A stretch of 29,282 nt of DNA from Clostridia bacterium (lineage in GTDB: Bacteria > Bacillota > Clostridia > UBA1381), in contig RQCD01000091.1 of the NCBI GenBank assembly GCA_008668455.1, forward strand, positions 1-29,282, in the 5' to 3' direction. The notes beneath the pieces are model-generated. The model was not told the DNA's origin. It did no database searches and saw only the letters and a program-made list of their open reading frames with translations. This document shows positions 17,658 through 27,054 of the stretch, piece after piece (position 1 is the first letter of the stretch; each line of letters begins with the position of its first letter). Both the position numbers and the translations under genes were made by a program.

Positions 17658-20501
17658 ATGTTGAAAAAAATCATTGCAATCCTGATTGCAGCGCAGCTTT
17701 GCGCAGTTTCCCTGCCGGTTTTGGCGGAGGAAGACGTACTTCCGGAGGAAACGGCGCAGGCAGAATCCATCTCCGAGGAGGAGGGCGCGCTCCTGGAGGA
17801 GACTTCCAGGGAGGAAACAGCGGCAGAGGAGAAACCGGAGGAACCGGAAAAAATCCCTCTGAAAAATAACGAATCAATCGCCCTGATGGCATTGGGGATT
17901 TTTGCAGAAAGTGACTGTACAGACAGTCAAAAGGCAGTCACCCGCGCAGACTTTGCCCGGATGATCTATTACTTCTCTGCAAAGGACGAACGCGACAATA
18001 CCTTACGCTATCCGGATACGGATGAGGCGCATGCGGCTTATCTGAACTATGCGGTCAAGCGCGGATATTTGGAAGCAGCGTCGGACGGAAAAATCAATCC
18101 GGACGGCGAGGTAAAAAGCACGGCTGTGATTAAAGCGGTTGTAACCGAGCTTGGCTATGAGCAGATTGCAAAGTACGAAAAGGGTTATGTAAACGCGGCG
18201 CAGAAGCTTGGACTTTTAAGCTATGTACAGGATTACGACGCAGGGGTTACCTATCGCGAAATGTCGGAATTTTTATATCATGCCTTAATGACAGAGGAAG
18301 GAAAGATCCGCTTTGAGAACGGAAAAATGCAGTTTGAAATGTCCGAGGAAAGCTATCTGGAAGGACATTTCGACGCCGAGCTGCGGCAGGGCACGATCCG
18401 GGGGACAGAGAGAACCCAGCTGGACAAAAGCGAGGGCTGCGGAACAGGCGCAGCTTTGATCGACGGGATCAGATATGATACGGCAATCAGCTTAAATGAC
18501 CTGTTAGGCTGCCGGGTGCGCTATGTGGTGCAGACAAAGGACAATGTTGACACCGTCATCGCCGTTTTAGACGTTGAAAAATATACCGACATTCTGGAAA
18601 TAGACGCTTTGGAGATTGAATCCTTTGAAAATAACACCTACCGGTATGACGACGGAAAAAATATTAAAACAGCGCGGCTGGACGCCGGAAAAACGCTGAT
18701 CTATAACGGCAAATATGCCGGCGTATACATTCCGGAATACCTGACTCCGAAAAACGGAAAGGTGCGCCTGGTGGACGCAAACCAGGACGGACGGTATGAA
18801 ACGGTTCTTGTCACCTCCTTAAAAACCTTTATCGTGCGCCGGAACGATACCGAACACAACAAGCTGTATGAGAAAAACGGCAGCTTTGTGATTGATCTGG
18901 AGCAGTACCAGACGGTGGATGTTCTGCAGGATGGAAAGGAAGTTAAAATTTCCGGTATTAAGGACAATTACATCCTGTCAGTGGCAGAAAGCCTGGATAA
19001 GGACGCAGTCACGCTCTATAGCTCGAATACCGTTAAAACCGATATTATGACCTATATCGGCGAGGGTGATTATGGCTATGAAATCACAATCGGCTCTGAC
19101 CGGTATCAGACAGAGTCCGAATATTTTAACCAATATACCAACCCTGTGAATATTTCCTCCGGGAAAAAAATGAAAATGTATTTCGACTGTCAGAACCGGA
19201 TTGTCTGGATTGAGGCGGTATCCTCCGATATGTCCTACGGATATCTGGTTCGTGCCGGACGGGATGAGGACGACAAGCTTTATTTCAAAATCTTCACGCA
19301 GGACGGTGCGCTGGTGAGCGGTATGCGTGCAGCAGAAAGGGTTAAGGTAGACGGCAAAAGCTACAAGGCAGAAAAGGACGATATTTTAGACATTCTGAAA
19401 AAGGGAACAGACGAACCGATTCCGCAGCTGATCCGCTATCGCTTAAACAGTGACGGACTGATTGCAGAAATTGATACGCCGTATAACAATCAGCCGAAGG
19501 AAGTTACTCCCGGTGTGAGCTATTTAGCACGTCAGCCGGGTGAAAAGGAAACCAAGGACAGCTTCCGTATGATCTATGCTTCCTCTATGATGGATAACCC
19601 GTCCAAGCAGTGGTATAAGGCAGCAGGTCCGACCTGGGGAAGATACCCGGTTGTGGTTGCCGGCAGACCAAGCACGTTAGTATGCGTAGTTCCGGCAAAT
19701 TTAGACGGCGCAACCGCGCAGGACTTTAAATTTTCCGCTGTGGACGATTATTTCGAGTACGATAAGTCCTACCTGATCGACGCTTACAGTGTGACGGCCA
19801 ATAACGCGGCGGCAGACGTAATCGTAGTAATTGACGATTCCGCAGCATCTACCGACACGATCAAGGGCTATGATGTCGGCATGATTGAGAAAATCAGCGA
19901 GGTTTATATGGAGGATGCCGAGGAAGTCGGCACACTGCTGAAAATCGGAACATCACAGAGAGTCGACACCGTTTATGCAACCGAGGAAAAGTATTACAAA
20001 ACGGTAAAGCCGGTGGACGGCGGCGTTTACAAGGACACCTATGAGCTGGAAAAGGGCGATATTGTCTGGTATGATGTGGACAGCAAAAACCATATCACAG
20101 CGATCCGGCTCGTGTATGACGCAAGCGAGACTGACCCGAACAAAGCCTTTAAAGGCAGCTCAAACCGGATCTATGGCGATATGCTGACCTATCCGAGAAT
20201 GGCATTTTTGGATGTTTATGATGTTGTGGACGGATATGCACGCTGCACCACACAGGATCTGACCGACTTCACAGGTTCTCCGGACAGTCTGAATCTGACG
20301 GTGGAGAGAATTGATTTCTTTGGGTTAAATTCTCTGCATCGGTATGACAGCAAAACGAAAAAAGTTTATATCAATGATACCTATAACCCCACGCAGACCT
20401 ATAAGGACGTGAAGGACTTTGTGCATTACGGAAACGACCGTTCCAGAATCTTGACCGTTTTAAAATGGGGATGGGCGATTGAAATGTTTATCATTGATTA
20501 G
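17658..20501 (+). CDS. S-layer-like protein B: divergent N-terminal SLH region + long beta-rich body
   Basis: Signal peptide (PVLA-E) and acidic linker. ALMALGIF, VTRADFA, INPDGEV, ELGY...GY..A.KLGL and VTYREM are SLH-like. LVDANQDGRYETV is a Ca-binding-like loop. YGYL and LIRYRLNSDG.I..ID repeats are typical of clostridial S-layer-type proteins. Confidence 0.75.
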   Translation: MLKKIIAILIAAQLCAVSLPVLAEEDVLPEETAQAESISEEEGALLEETSREETAAEEKPEEPEKIPLKNNESIALMALGIFAESDCTDSQKAVTRADFARMIYYFSAKDERDNTLRYPDTDEAHAAYLNYAVKRGYLEAASDGKINPDGEVKSTAVIKAVVTELGYEQIAKYEKGYVNAAQKLGLLSYVQDYDAGVTYREMSEFLYHALMTEEGKIRFENGKMQFEMSEESYLEGHFDAELRQGTIRGTERTQLDKSEGCGTGAALIDGIRYDTAISLNDLLGCRVRYVVQTKDNVDTVIAVLDVEKYTDILEIDALEIESFENNTYRYDDGKNIKTARLDAGKTLIYNGKYAGVYIPEYLTPKNGKVRLVDANQDGRYETVLVTSLKTFIVRRNDTEHNKLYEKNGSFVIDLEQYQTVDVLQDGKEVKISGIKDNYILSVAESLDKDAVTLYSSNTVKTDIMTYIGEGDYGYEITIGSDRYQTESEYFNQYTNPVNISSGKKMKMYFDCQNRIVWIEAVSSDMSYGYLVRAGRDEDDKLYFKIFTQDGALVSGMRAAERVKVDGKSYKAEKDDILDILKKGTDEPIPQLIRYRLNSDGLIAEIDTPYNNQPKEVTPGVSYLARQPGEKETKDSFRMIYASSMMDNPSKQWYKAAGPTWGRYPVVVAGRPSTLVCVVPANLDGATAQDFKFSAVDDYFEYDKSYLIDAYSVTANNAAADVIVVIDDSAASTDTIKGYDVGMIEKISEVYMEDAEEVGTLLKIGTSQRVDTVYATEEKYYKTVKPVDGGVYKDTYELEKGDIVWYDVDSKNHITAIRLVYDASETDPNKAFKGSSNRIYGDMLTYPRMAFLDVYDVVDGYARCTTQDLTDFTGSPDSLNLTVERIDFFGLNSLHRYDSKTKKVYINDTYNPTQTYKDVKDFVHYGNDRSRILTVLKWGWAIEMFIID

Positions 20502-20512
20502 GAGGTGCGCAA

Positions 20513-23500
20513 TTGAAAAAGCTGATTAGTTTCATTTTAGCGGCAGGAATGATGGCACAGGGCGCAGTCTTTGCAGCGGAAAAAAATGTGCTGGATTTCA
20601 CAGCCAATATTCATGCGGCAGAAGCAGTTTCCAATCCGGAGGTTTCTGTCCGGCATGACCAGGCACACGGATGCCTGGTGGTCAATCCGAACTATGTGGA
20701 AAAGGCAGGCGTAATTGTGCGTCCGGACTTCACATTCGGAAGTGATGTGTATGTAAAAATCCGTTATTACCTGACCGGAACGGTAAATGAGCAGGCGTGT
20801 GCGACCATTTTAGACGGCATCAAGGAGCATGTTCTGTTCGATTATCAGGGAAAGACGGACGGAAAATGGTATGAGGATGTTGCACATATTCCGGACTTTG
20901 CGCATCCGTCGGAATTTACGCTCGTTCCGGTCACCTCCACCGCAGGCTGGACGACCGGCGCGGATATTTATATCGACTATCTCGGATTCTTTTCTTCGGA
21001 GGAGGAGGCGAAAGCCTTCTCCGAGCCGGATGACGATCCGAATGCAAAAATCACCAAAACCGTCACCTACACGCCGACCGGAGATAAAATCTCGGTCAAA
21101 TCTGCAAAGTATGTGAGCGGATATAACAATCAGTATTTCCTCCCGGATGCCGGGGTAAAGCGTTCGGAAGCGGCGGCGATGATTTCGAGAATTGTTTCGG
21201 CGGATGTTTCGGAAGAGCCTTTGGAAATCCCGGACGTTTTGGAAAATGCCTGGTATTATGAGGATGTGAAAAAGCTTGCGGAAAACGGAATTATTGCCGG
21301 TTCCGGAGCGTTTCTGCCCGATCAGATTCTTACCCGGCGCGAGCTTTCCGAAATGCTTTACCGGATGGGAATTTTAGATACGGAAAAGACGATGCGCTTT
21401 TCGGATGTGGATATCAGCGATCCGGACTATGCGGCAATTACCGCATGCGGCGGAAACGGTCTGATGATTGGAGATAACGGCGCATTTCTGCCGGATTCCG
21501 AGGTGACGCGTGCGCAGATTGTTGCAGTGTTAAACCGCGTGATCGGAACGGATTTATCTCAGGCGGAGGAAATTAAAAACCCCTATTCCGATCTTTCTCC
21601 GACACACTGGGCATACCGCGACATTATGGCAGTTTCCAAGGGAGACGCGCAAGAGCCGGGAGCGGACGGAGAGGTTGTGTTTGAACGCTTCCCGGACGGA
21701 GTGGAATATGATGTGAACAATACCCGGAATAAGGTCTGGGAGGAGGTTCCGTTTGTCACAAAGGAAATGAAGGAGCAGGGCTATGAGGGCGGCGAAGGCG
21801 GTCAGGCGATTTTGTATGTCACCACCGATACCACCGGCGACATTGTGATGTCCTTCTCGGATGCCGGACAGAATTTCCGCAGCTTAGACGGCGGCGAAAC
21901 CTGGGAACGCTGTGCAAGAGATGTGAATGCGAACTCTTTGAGTACCGGAGAAATTGACCCGAACAACTCCAAGCGTGTGGTGGCATATACGCACAATGGA
22001 GCTCCAAGAGTGGAAAACGATACCTTTCATTACTGCGGAACAGGCGTGTATCTTTCAGAGGATACCGGCTATTCCTATCAGAATACTCTGCCGTACTGCG
22101 AGATTGAAACCGGCTGGCGCGTTGCCTTTGCCTGGGATCCGACCTCGTATGACACCAAGCTCGATGGCAGTAAAATCTGTTATTTCACCACCTGTCAGCG
22201 CAAGGTTATGGACGATAACTACGGAACGGCTCTGAAATGGCAGATGGAAAAGGGATATAATGAAGGTCCGGGCTTCTACCGTTCGGAGGACGGCGGCTAT
22301 AGCTGGAAATTAGTGAATGCGGATTTAGGCGCGTGTCCGCCGGCAGTCAGCCCGGCAGACGGTACGGTATTTGCAGCCTCTCCGGAGGGACTCTATCGCA
22401 GTACCGACCATGGCAACACCTGGGAGGTTGTGATCTCCGGCAAGGTAGGGAGTGTTACCACGCTCTTAAACGAGCCGGATAATGTCTATGCAACAGATGA
22501 TAACGGACTTTTAATCTCCACCGACCGCGGAAAGACCTTTGAGCGGATCACAAGTGCATCCTATCCGGGCGAATATGTGAATAACCTAAAGGTTTCTCCG
22601 GCAAACTCAGACTATATGATGATTTCCTATAATCATCCGGATGTCAATAAGATCGGATCGTTTGTTTCGCATGACCGCGGTACAAGCTGGACAAGAACCG
22701 AGTATGATGAATCTCTGGATTTCTACAAGCATCAGTTCCGCTGGAAAATCACCGCATGGCATCCGACAGATGAGAATAAAGCCTGGACAACGTCCGACTG
22801 GGTAGAATCAAGCGAGGACGGCGGAAGAACCTTCCACTGGAATCATAACGGAAACTGCGGAACGTGCATCAACAGTCCGTTCTGGCTGAACGTTTATAAT
22901 CCGGACTATTACCTTGTTCCGGCACAGGATTTCCAGGGCGCGCTTACCTTAGACGGCGGCTATAGCTTTACGGCATTAGACAGCTTCCCGGCAAATCCGG
23001 GCAAATCGCACAACTACGGCGGCTATGTGGTGGATGAGAATACCTTCTTCTTCTGCAACACCAATTCCTGGGAGGCGGCGGTCAGCAATCTGATTATCAC
23101 GCACGACGGCGGAAAAAGCTTCACCAATATCGGAGAGGTTTCGAGCGGTGCGAGAAATAACTATTGCTTCCAGTCGCAGGTGAATCCGAATATTTACTTT
23201 GCCGGAAATCTCCGGAGTGAAGACGCAGGCTATAACTGGCAGGCGCTTCCGGACTACATTATGTGTGTAGCCGCTTATAACCCGAACGGAAACGAGCTGT
23301 TTGCAATCGGTGCAAATTATAGCGCAGTTTATGTCTCTAAGGATACCGGCGTCACTTGGGAAAAGCTCTTTGACCGGCCGATTATTTATGATAACGAGGC
23401 ATATTCCGGCATCAACAACTTAGCGTATGACGGCATTAACAATATTCTGTATTTCACGCAGGCAGATACGGTTGCGAAGTATGAAAACGGACAAATTACC

Positions 23501-23839
23501 CGTTTAAACTGTGAGCAGATGAAGGATAAATGGAGAACCACCTTAGCGGTTGATCCGATTCATCCGAATGTGATTTATACCGGCGGTGTGCCGAACGGTG
23601 TAGAGGGCTTTACTACGTATGATTTAATTCATTCCATTTACCGCAGCTTAGACGGCGGCGAAACCTGGCAGGTGATCTCCTCTGCGGATACCGATCAGTC
23701 CATTGTTCCGGACGGACCGCTGGTTGGAAATTATTTCACCTGGGCAATGTTCGTTCATCCGAAAACAGGCTATGTCTATGCAGGACTGCCGAACTACGGC
23801 TTGTATAAATTTGCACCGCCGTACGAAATTGAGGGATAA
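20513..23839 (+). CDS. Secreted protein C: unnamed module + SLH domains + double BNR/Asp-box propeller (GH74-like)
   Basis: TTG start with GGAGG, signal peptide, SLH motifs (FLPDAGVKRSEA, LTRREL, VTRAQI, HWAY) and 12 Asp-boxes (SxDGGxT/SW-like). Confidence 0.85.
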   Translation: MKKLISFILAAGMMAQGAVFAAEKNVLDFTANIHAAEAVSNPEVSVRHDQAHGCLVVNPNYVEKAGVIVRPDFTFGSDVYVKIRYYLTGTVNEQACATILDGIKEHVLFDYQGKTDGKWYEDVAHIPDFAHPSEFTLVPVTSTAGWTTGADIYIDYLGFFSSEEEAKAFSEPDDDPNAKITKTVTYTPTGDKISVKSAKYVSGYNNQYFLPDAGVKRSEAAAMISRIVSADVSEEPLEIPDVLENAWYYEDVKKLAENGIIAGSGAFLPDQILTRRELSEMLYRMGILDTEKTMRFSDVDISDPDYAAITACGGNGLMIGDNGAFLPDSEVTRAQIVAVLNRVIGTDLSQAEEIKNPYSDLSPTHWAYRDIMAVSKGDAQEPGADGEVVFERFPDGVEYDVNNTRNKVWEEVPFVTKEMKEQGYEGGEGGQAILYVTTDTTGDIVMSFSDAGQNFRSLDGGETWERCARDVNANSLSTGEIDPNNSKRVVAYTHNGAPRVENDTFHYCGTGVYLSEDTGYSYQNTLPYCEIETGWRVAFAWDPTSYDTKLDGSKICYFTTCQRKVMDDNYGTALKWQMEKGYNEGPGFYRSEDGGYSWKLVNADLGACPPAVSPADGTVFAASPEGLYRSTDHGNTWEVVISGKVGSVTTLLNEPDNVYATDDNGLLISTDRGKTFERITSASYPGEYVNNLKVSPANSDYMMISYNHPDVNKIGSFVSHDRGTSWTRTEYDESLDFYKHQFRWKITAWHPTDENKAWTTSDWVESSEDGGRTFHWNHNGNCGTCINSPFWLNVYNPDYYLVPAQDFQGALTLDGGYSFTALDSFPANPGKSHNYGGYVVDENTFFFCNTNSWEAAVSNLIITHDGGKSFTNIGEVSSGARNNYCFQSQVNPNIYFAGNLRSEDAGYNWQALPDYIMCVAAYNPNGNELFAIGANYSAVYVSKDTGVTWEKLFDRPIIYDNEAYSGINNLAYDGINNILYFTQADTVAKYENGQITRLNCEQMKDKWRTTLAVDPIHPNVIYTGGVPNGVEGFTTYDLIHSIYRSLDGGETWQVISSADTDQSIVPDGPLVGNYFTWAMFVHPKTGYVYAGLPNYGLYKFAPPYEIEG

Positions 23840-23843
23840 AAAA

Positions 23844-26800
23844 ATGAGAAAATTATTAAAAATGTGTCTGGCAGGGGCGTTTCTCGCCCTCTGCCTGGCA
23901 GAGGGCGCGGCGGCAGAAGAACCCTTTGTGATTGCTTTTGATACGCCGGAGCATTATGCAGAATCAGACTATTCAATTTTTAATTATAACATTCCTTATT
24001 CGTTTGATTCCTATAATTCCGTCCGGTACGATCCGGAGGCAGAGGCATTAGAGGTTTACACCGGATACGGCGGAGCGAATAATTTAAAAATTGACAGAAC
24101 CATTCCGAATGTTTCGGAATACAAGTACGCAAAAATGGAATACCGCTACATGCTGGCGCAGGGGTCTTCCTATTTTATCACGAGCGGAATCGGCAGAGGA
24201 TCGGGTTATTCCACCAATATCGGCACACTCCGGGAGGATTTGGAGATTGGTTATTATATCGGGGAGTGGCTTTCCGATATTGCGGATATCAGCGAGGTAA
24301 CCAAGAAAACGAATATGCAGGATTCTGACGGCTTTCGGATTTATTTGGGAAACCGCCAGGGTGAGAACATGATGTACCAGGTGCAGATCCGCTGGCTTGC
24401 CTTGTTTAAAACCAGAGCGGAGGCAGAGGCCTTTTCGGGAATCCAATATGATGCGGCGCTTGCAATTGCGCAAAACGGAAATGTGATTGAGGCAACACTA
24501 TCCGATACTCCCCAGACGGGGGCAAGGGTGGCTGCCGCTCTCTATGAGGATAGGCGGCTTTTGGCAGTCAGACTTTCTGAAACAACTTTTGAGAATAAAA
24601 CCACCGTAAGGCTGCATGCCGGGAAATTCCCGGAGGGCGATTATCAGGCAAAGGCATTTGCCTGGAGACAGGACGAGAGTCAAACCCCGATCGCAGCATC
24701 GGCGGAGCAGACTGTCACAGTGCGAAAGCCTGTCTACGATGATCAAAATCGTGCAGGCAACGAGTGGACAGCAATTCCATTCCGTTCCCGAAAGCTGAAG
24801 CAGATGGGAATTGCTGGCGGAGAGGGTGCACAGGCAATTCTCCATCTCACCTCCGATTCCACCGGAAATATCCTGATGTCCTTTTCGGATGCCGGGCATA
24901 ATTTCCGGAGTTTAGACGGCGGCGAAACCTGGGAACGCTGTGCAAGAGACGTGAACGCGCGCTCTCTCTGCAACGGCGAGATCGATCCGAATAATTCTGC
25001 ACGTGTGATCGCGTTGACCTATAAGGGCGAGCCAAAGCTGCGGTTAAATACAGCGGTGAATTATAGCGGCGCCGGATTATACCTTTCCGAGGATACCGGC
25101 TATTCCTATGAGCAAGCCCTACAGCTGACCGATTGGGAGGAGGGCTGGAGAGTGGCATTTGCCTGGGATCCGTCCTCGTATGATGCTAAGCTTGACGGCA
25201 GTAAAATCTGCTATTTCTCCACCTATTCCAATACCATTCCGGACAGCGTGTATGGTCAGGCAATGCAGAAAGAAATTTCTGCCGGCTTGAACCAAGGACC
25301 TGGAATTTACCGAAGCCTGGACGGAGGAAACAGCTGGACGCTTTCAAACGGAACGCTTGGCGGTGCAGCCATTGCAGTCTGCCCGGCAAACGGTGCAGTT
25401 TTTGCGGCAAATGATTCCGGTTTATACCGCAGCATGGATCATGGAGAAACCTGGCATCAGATCATCAGCGGAAGGCGGATCGGCAGTGTGACCACAATCA
25501 CCACTGCCCCAAACAATGTCTATATCAGTGATGATTCCGGAGTCCTGATCTCCACCGATTGCGGAAACAGCTTCACAGCAGTGGAAACTTCCACCTTTCC
25601 GCCGAACTGTACCAATAACTTAAAAATTTCTCCGGCAGATCCGGATTATATGATGATTTCCTATAATCCGACCTGGATTGATGAGAAGTATATCATGAGC
25701 GTGGGATCGTATGTTTCACACGACGGCGGAAAAAGCTGGACGAGAACACAATACAACACCTCAAGGGATTTCTTCAAGCACCAGCCGCGCTGGAAGGTCA
25801 CCCTGTGGCATCCGACCGATAAAAATAAGGTCTGGACGAATTCCGACTGGGTGGAAATGAGTACCGACGGCGGAAACACATTTTATTGGAGCAACAACGG
25901 AAACTGCGGTACTTGTATCAATTCTCCGTTTATTCTGAATGTGTATAACCCAAGCCGATACTTAGTACCGGCACAGGATAACCGGGGCGCTTATACCACG
26001 GACGGCGGAGATACCTTTACCTCGCTCTACTATAATGATAGCTATTATTCTCATACCTATGGCGGTTATATTGTGGATGAAAATACCTTCTTCTATTGTG
26101 GAACAAAGCAGTGGGAGAATGCAACTGAGGTACTCCAGGTCACGCATGACGGAGGAAAAACCTTTACCGAGGCAGGAACAGTGACCTGCGGACCAAGAAA
26201 TAACTATTGCTTCCAATCACAGGTTGAGCCGAACGTATTCTTTGCCGGGAATCTTCGGAGTGAGGATGGCGGTTATACCTGGGAGTATCTCCCGGATACG
26301 CTCCTATGCGCCGCCGCATACAATCCGTTTGGAAAAGAAGTCTTTGCCATCGGAAAAAATTATGCGTCGGTCTATGTGTCGGAGGATGCCGGGAGGAGCT
26401 GGGAAAAGCTTTTCGATCGTCCGGTTATTTATAATAAGCCTGGTTATTCCGGAATCAATCTGCTTGCCTACGACGGCTTAAACAATATTCTGTATATTGC
26501 CCAGGCAGACACGATTTCAAAGTATCAAAACGGCAAAATTACGCGCCTTGACAACAAGGCATATAAGGATCAGTGGCGGACAACGCTCGCAGTCGATCCG
26601 CGTTATCCGGATGTCCTCTATTCAGCAGGCACACCGAATGGCGCAGATGGCTTTACCACGGCAGATTTTAATGCAACCATTCTGCGGAGCACGGATGGAG
26701 GAGAAAACTGGCAGGTGATCTCCTCGGCAGAAACCGGACGCTCTATTGTGCCGACCGGAGCAACGGTTGGTCAGTACTGCACCTGGACGACCTTTGTTCA

Positions 26801-26876
26801 TCCGAACACCGGAGAGGTGTATGTCGGTATGCCGAATTACGGACTGTATAAGTTCCCGCCGCCCTATCAGAATTAA
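23844..26876 (+). CDS. Secreted protein D: unnamed module + small beta domain + double BNR/Asp-box propeller (GH74-like), paralog of C
   Basis: Start moved to ATG 23844 (GAGGG RBS, signal peptide MRKLLK...AAA-E). Has 12 Asp-boxes colinear with protein C and no SLH. Confidence 0.85.
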   Translation: MRKLLKMCLAGAFLALCLAEGAAAEEPFVIAFDTPEHYAESDYSIFNYNIPYSFDSYNSVRYDPEAEALEVYTGYGGANNLKIDRTIPNVSEYKYAKMEYRYMLAQGSSYFITSGIGRGSGYSTNIGTLREDLEIGYYIGEWLSDIADISEVTKKTNMQDSDGFRIYLGNRQGENMMYQVQIRWLALFKTRAEAEAFSGIQYDAALAIAQNGNVIEATLSDTPQTGARVAAALYEDRRLLAVRLSETTFENKTTVRLHAGKFPEGDYQAKAFAWRQDESQTPIAASAEQTVTVRKPVYDDQNRAGNEWTAIPFRSRKLKQMGIAGGEGAQAILHLTSDSTGNILMSFSDAGHNFRSLDGGETWERCARDVNARSLCNGEIDPNNSARVIALTYKGEPKLRLNTAVNYSGAGLYLSEDTGYSYEQALQLTDWEEGWRVAFAWDPSSYDAKLDGSKICYFSTYSNTIPDSVYGQAMQKEISAGLNQGPGIYRSLDGGNSWTLSNGTLGGAAIAVCPANGAVFAANDSGLYRSMDHGETWHQIISGRRIGSVTTITTAPNNVYISDDSGVLISTDCGNSFTAVETSTFPPNCTNNLKISPADPDYMMISYNPTWIDEKYIMSVGSYVSHDGGKSWTRTQYNTSRDFFKHQPRWKVTLWHPTDKNKVWTNSDWVEMSTDGGNTFYWSNNGNCGTCINSPFILNVYNPSRYLVPAQDNRGAYTTDGGDTFTSLYYNDSYYSHTYGGYIVDENTFFYCGTKQWENATEVLQVTHDGGKTFTEAGTVTCGPRNNYCFQSQVEPNVFFAGNLRSEDGGYTWEYLPDTLLCAAAYNPFGKEVFAIGKNYASVYVSEDAGRSWEKLFDRPVIYNKPGYSGINLLAYDGLNNILYIAQADTISKYQNGKITRLDNKAYKDQWRTTLAVDPRYPDVLYSAGTPNGADGFTTADFNATILRSTDGGENWQVISSAETGRSIVPTGATVGQYCTWTTFVHPNTGEVYVGMPNYGLYKFPPPYQN

Positions 26877-27054
26877 TTTGCTTTATATTATTTAATATAA
26901 AGGTTTGCTTATGATCAGAACAAAATCCCCGTGCACCCGAAGTATCCGCCCCATACATTTTCCGCAAATTTTGCAGAATCTGATACGAGGGCGCAGGGGA
27001 GGAGGGAGGAGCATAGGCTGATCAGAAAAAGTCAAAAAAAGAGGAGGAATTTTT

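Noticed and set aside
21720..26876. C/D similarity as a DGR template/variable repeat pair or a shufflon
   Set aside because: Differences are not adenine-specific, both copies are full coding paralogs, and there is no reverse transcriptase or recombinase in the window.
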